A DNA stretch of 24,000 nucleotides from Micromonospora sp. WMMD961 (GTDB lineage: Bacteria; Actinomycetota; Actinomycetes; Mycobacteriales; Micromonosporaceae): NCBI RefSeq assembly GCF_029626145.1, contig NZ_JARUBJ010000002.1:4712882-4736881 (forward strand), read 5' to 3'. Both the position numbers and the translations under genes were made by a program. Positions 21,675 through 24,000 of this stretch are shown piece by piece. Within the stretch, counting starts at the first letter, position 1. Each line of letters starts with the position of its first letter. Under the pieces are notes generated by a model. That model was not told where the DNA came from, searched no databases, and was given only the letters and a program-made list of their open reading frames with translations.

Positions 21675-22676
21675 CTATTGATTCATCTCCTCCAACGCCG
21701 CAGCAAGGTGCGGGGTGCCGCGATCGGCGCGGAGATCGCCAAGCTGGTCGACGCGGTGTGCCCGGATGTCGGGTTGCGGTCCGGTGGCGTACCGGTGAGC
21801 TACGGCACGCACGTGCTCCTCCGCAGGCTCGGCGAGACCGTCGTACACCGCGACGAACACCGCCCGCGCGTCCCTCCTGGGCCATCCCGCAGGCATCATC
21901 TTGATCGGCAGCAGCGGATCCACGATGGGGAAACGCCGATAGGCATCCATCACCTCGGTGCGCGCCCGTACCGCCGCCGCTGCCGTGACGTCTCCTGACC
22001 GGACACCCGGCAACATGGCCTCCCAGCGCTTGACGAAGGAGTCGTACTGACGAACGACCGCGGCGGTGTCCCAGGCGTCGATCGGTACCCGATTGGTCAC
22101 CGCCTCGATCTCCACGTGCCGTGCGCGGAACACCGTCGTGGCGCCGAGCGCGATCGCGGGAAGCTTCGCTCTGGGCGTGCGGCCGAGATTGTGCGGTGAT
22201 ACCCACAGTCCGTCGTACAGGGGCGCGTACCCGAGCCATCGAAGCTGTCCGCGGAGAGCCCGTCGTTCGGCGCTCGCCTCCTGCGGTAGGGAGAAGGCGA
22301 CCAACGTCCACCAGCCGTCCCACGACTCGGCCTGTCCGACGAAGGCCGCGATCCGACGTGCACCCCTGGCGAGGTTGTCGGCGGCGGGCTGGGTCAAGCG
22401 GTAGAAGCTGTGACGTCCCTGTCTGCTGATCTCAAGCACTCCCCGGCGAGCCAACCGGCTGATGGCCGTCCGTGCCCCGGCCGTGTTGACGCCCGACTCG
22501 GCGAGCAACGCCACGAGAGCGGCGGAGGGTAGCCAGGTCCGGCCCTGAATGGTGTAGTCGGCCAGCAGCGTCACGGCCAAGCCCTGGGGCGAGCTGCCTG
22601 ACTGTCTACGGGGCAGTTGGGTGGAGCCGTCTGCGCTGTCCGGGAAAATCTCGTCGATGTTGAAGGGGCTGACCAC
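21675..22676 (-). CDS. PaaX-family transcriptional regulator.
   Basis: N-terminal wHTH (LAVTLLADYT..LPSAALVALLAESGVNTAGARTAISRLARRGVLE) and a PaaX C-terminal domain (WDGWWTLVAFSLPQEASAERRALRGQLRWLGYAPLYDGLWVSPH). Start placed at GTG 22676 (VVSPFNIDE..) with GGAG upstream. The further 128 codons in the track ORF (to 23060) look non-coding. The start is uncertain. Confidence 0.8.
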   Translation of the reverse strand: MVSPFNIDEIFPDSADGSTQLPRRQSGSSPQGLAVTLLADYTIQGRTWLPSAALVALLAESGVNTAGARTAISRLARRGVLEISRQGRHSFYRLTQPAADNLARGARRIAAFVGQAESWDGWWTLVAFSLPQEASAERRALRGQLRWLGYAPLYDGLWVSPHNLGRTPRAKLPAIALGATTVFRARHVEIEAVTNRVPIDAWDTAAVVRQYDSFVKRWEAMLPGVRSGDVTAAAAVRARTEVMDAYRRFPIVDPLLPIKMMPAGWPRRDARAVFVAVYDGLAEPAEEHVRAVAHRYATGPQPDIRAHRVDQLGDLRADRGTPHLAAALEEMNQ

Positions 22677-22795
22677 ACGACGCTCCGGCGCAGATCGAGG
22701 AAGACCGCTTGGTAGATCCGATTGTGGCAGGTGGCCGGCCAGGTTCGTCCGCCCCCCGTCATACGGAGCTGACGTCCGCTCACCTCGTCGCAGCC

Positions 22796-22839
22796 ATAGC
22801 GAATCATCGATTGACAGTTTTACCGACCAGGGAGACAAT
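22796..22839 (+). promoter_or_regulatory. Candidate sigma-70-type promoter with an adjacent PaaX-box-like sequence, in the paaX-like / esterase divergent region.
   Basis: TTGACA (22811-22816) - 17 nt - GACAAT (22834-22839) on the + strand. Immediately upstream, ATAGCGAATCATCGA (22796-22810) matches the reverse complement of the E. coli PaaX operator consensus as I remember it (WWTRTGATTCGYGWT) at 12 of 15 positions. Confidence 0.4.
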
Positions 22840-23080
22840 TTTTGTAATGCGTCTGGCCTTGCGGGAGCTAGCCAAGCCAGCGGGCAGCTGATCGACCTCC
22901 CCGGGCGGAGGTCACCTGGCGAGCCGACCGGCATGAACCAGCCTCGGCCGACTTCACCAAGGACAGGTTGACGGTGAGGCGGGCCCGGCGCGTCGCGTCC
23001 ACACACGGTGATGTACCGCCGCCGGTGACTCCGCTGGCACGACTCACCGCGTCCAATCAAGCGTCAAGGGAGTGAAGAGC

Positions 23081-24000
23081 GTGAAACTCTATCGACGGCT
23101 GCTGGTCGGATTCGCCGTGTTCCTCGCGGCGGCTGGCCTGGCACTGGTGATACCCAGTCTGACGAGACCGGCCGCTGCGGCCTCGTTGACCGAGGTGACC
23201 AACTTCGGCAGCAACCCGGGTGGAATGCGGATGCACATCTATGTGCCGGACGTCCGTCCGGCCAACCCGGCGATCGTGGTCGCCATGCATGGCTGCGGCG
23301 GCTCCGGCCCGGGCTTCTACTCGGGCAGCGAGTTCGCCTCGCTGGCGAACCAGTACGGCTTCATCGTCATCTACCCGAGCGCCATGCAGGAGGCCGGGTT
23401 CGGCAAGTGCTTCGACACCTGGTCGGACGCGTCCAAGCGCCGTGGCGGCGGCAGCGACCCGGTCTCCATCGAGTCGATGGTGAACTACGCCCGGCAGCAG
23501 TACGCCGGTGACATCAACCGGGTGTACGCCACCGGCAGTTCGTCCGGCGGGATGATGACCCAGCACATGCTGGCGGTCTACCCCGACCTATTCAAAGCGG
23601 GCGCGTCGTTCATGGGCGTGCCCTTCAACTGCTTCGCGAACGCCGCCGCCTACCCACCTGGCGGGTCGTGCACCAACGGCAGCATGAACCGGACCCCGCA
23701 GCAATGGGGCGACCTGGTGCGAGCGGCGTATCCCGGCTACACCGGCCCGCGCCCGCCGATCCAGCTCTGGCACGGCACCAACGACACCCTCGTGCCCTAC
23801 TCGCTACTACAGGAGTCGGTGGAGCAGTGGACCAACGTACACGGGCTGAGCCAGAGTCCGACGTCAACCGACACCCCGCAGCCCAACTGGAACCGCCGCC
23901 GCTTCGGCACCCAGGTCGAGGCGTACGCCATCCAGGGCGCCGGGCACAGCCTGCCGTCCAGCGGCATGGCGCGCGTCGCCATCCAGTTCTTCGGCCTGGA
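23081..24000 (+). CDS. PHB-depolymerase-family (CE1-type) secreted esterase, 3'-partial (runs off the window) and absent from the supplied ORF track.
   Basis: Hand translation from GTG 23081 (GGGAG 8 nt upstream; GTG 23072 is an in-frame alternative) gives an uninterrupted high-GC3 frame to nt 24000: VKLYRRLLVGFAVFLAAAGLALVIPSLTRPAAAASLTEVTNFGSNPGGMRMHIYVP..VVAMHGCGGSG..RVYATGSSSGGMMTQHM..IQLWHGTNDTLVPY..GAGHSLP. These are the signal peptide, G-x-S-x-G box and family-typical motifs. The antisense ORF 23057..23566 is a shadow. Confidence 0.88.
   Translation, partial: MKLYRRLLVGFAVFLAAAGLALVIPSLTRPAAAASLTEVTNFGSNPGGMRMHIYVPDVRPANPAIVVAMHGCGGSGPGFYSGSEFASLANQYGFIVIYPSAMQEAGFGKCFDTWSDASKRRGGGSDPVSIESMVNYARQQYAGDINRVYATGSSSGGMMTQHMLAVYPDLFKAGASFMGVPFNCFANAAAYPPGGSCTNGSMNRTPQQWGDLVRAAYPGYTGPRPPIQLWHGTNDTLVPYSLLQESVEQWTNVHGLSQSPTSTDTPQPNWNRRRFGTQVEAYAIQGAGHSLPSSGMARVAIQFFGL

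Noticed and set aside
22677-23060. 128-codon N-terminal extension of the PaaX-like ORF.
   Set aside because: The translation (MIGRGESCQRSHRRRYITVCGRDAPG..) has no PaaX similarity. It includes the AT-rich promoter-like tract and would overlap the divergent esterase control region. GTG 22676 gives a family-typical length.
23057-23566. 169-aa minus-strand ORF at the right end of the window.
   Set aside because: It is antisense to the much better supported, track-absent esterase frame starting at 23081, which has a signal peptide, a GSSSGG box and high GC3.

Overview
Very high-G+C actinomycete chromosomal DNA, with strong third-position G/C bias and Streptomyces/Micromonosporaceae-like signal peptides and Pro/Thr linkers. 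Most long ORFs in the six-frame track are off-frame or antisense shadows of the real genes. I call 18 protein-coding genes and found no rRNA, tRNA, CRISPR array, transposase or integrase. There are two themes. (1) Secreted plant-polymer-degrading enzymes: a frameshifted CE1 esterase-CBM13 (5' partial), a GH53 endo-galactanase, an AA10 LPMO behind a CebR/CelR-type operator, a trimodular GH10-CBM13-GH62 xylanase/arabinofuranosidase, a cutinase/PET-hydrolase-like esterase fused to CBM13, and a PHB-depolymerase-family esterase that runs off the 3' edge and is missing from the ORF track. (2) A compact minus-strand operon at about 2.5-8.6 kb that is the best candidate here for an uncharacterised system. 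It encodes a GntR regulator, an allophanate hydrolase, two tandem BiuH/TrtA-type isochorismatase-like cysteine hydrolases, a nucleobase-family permease and an AtzH-like protein. This looks like a biuret/triuret-type ureide nitrogen-scavenging pathway, but no ring-opening enzyme or AtzEG is in the window. Other genes are a membrane-anchored hypothetical, an AlaX-like editing protein, a leaderless FAD monooxygenase coupled to a MarR regulator, a large secreted penicillin-acylase-family Ntn hydrolase with a discoidin domain, and a PaaX-family regulator. I see no defence island or mobile element. All functional calls come from remembered family motifs, not database searches.
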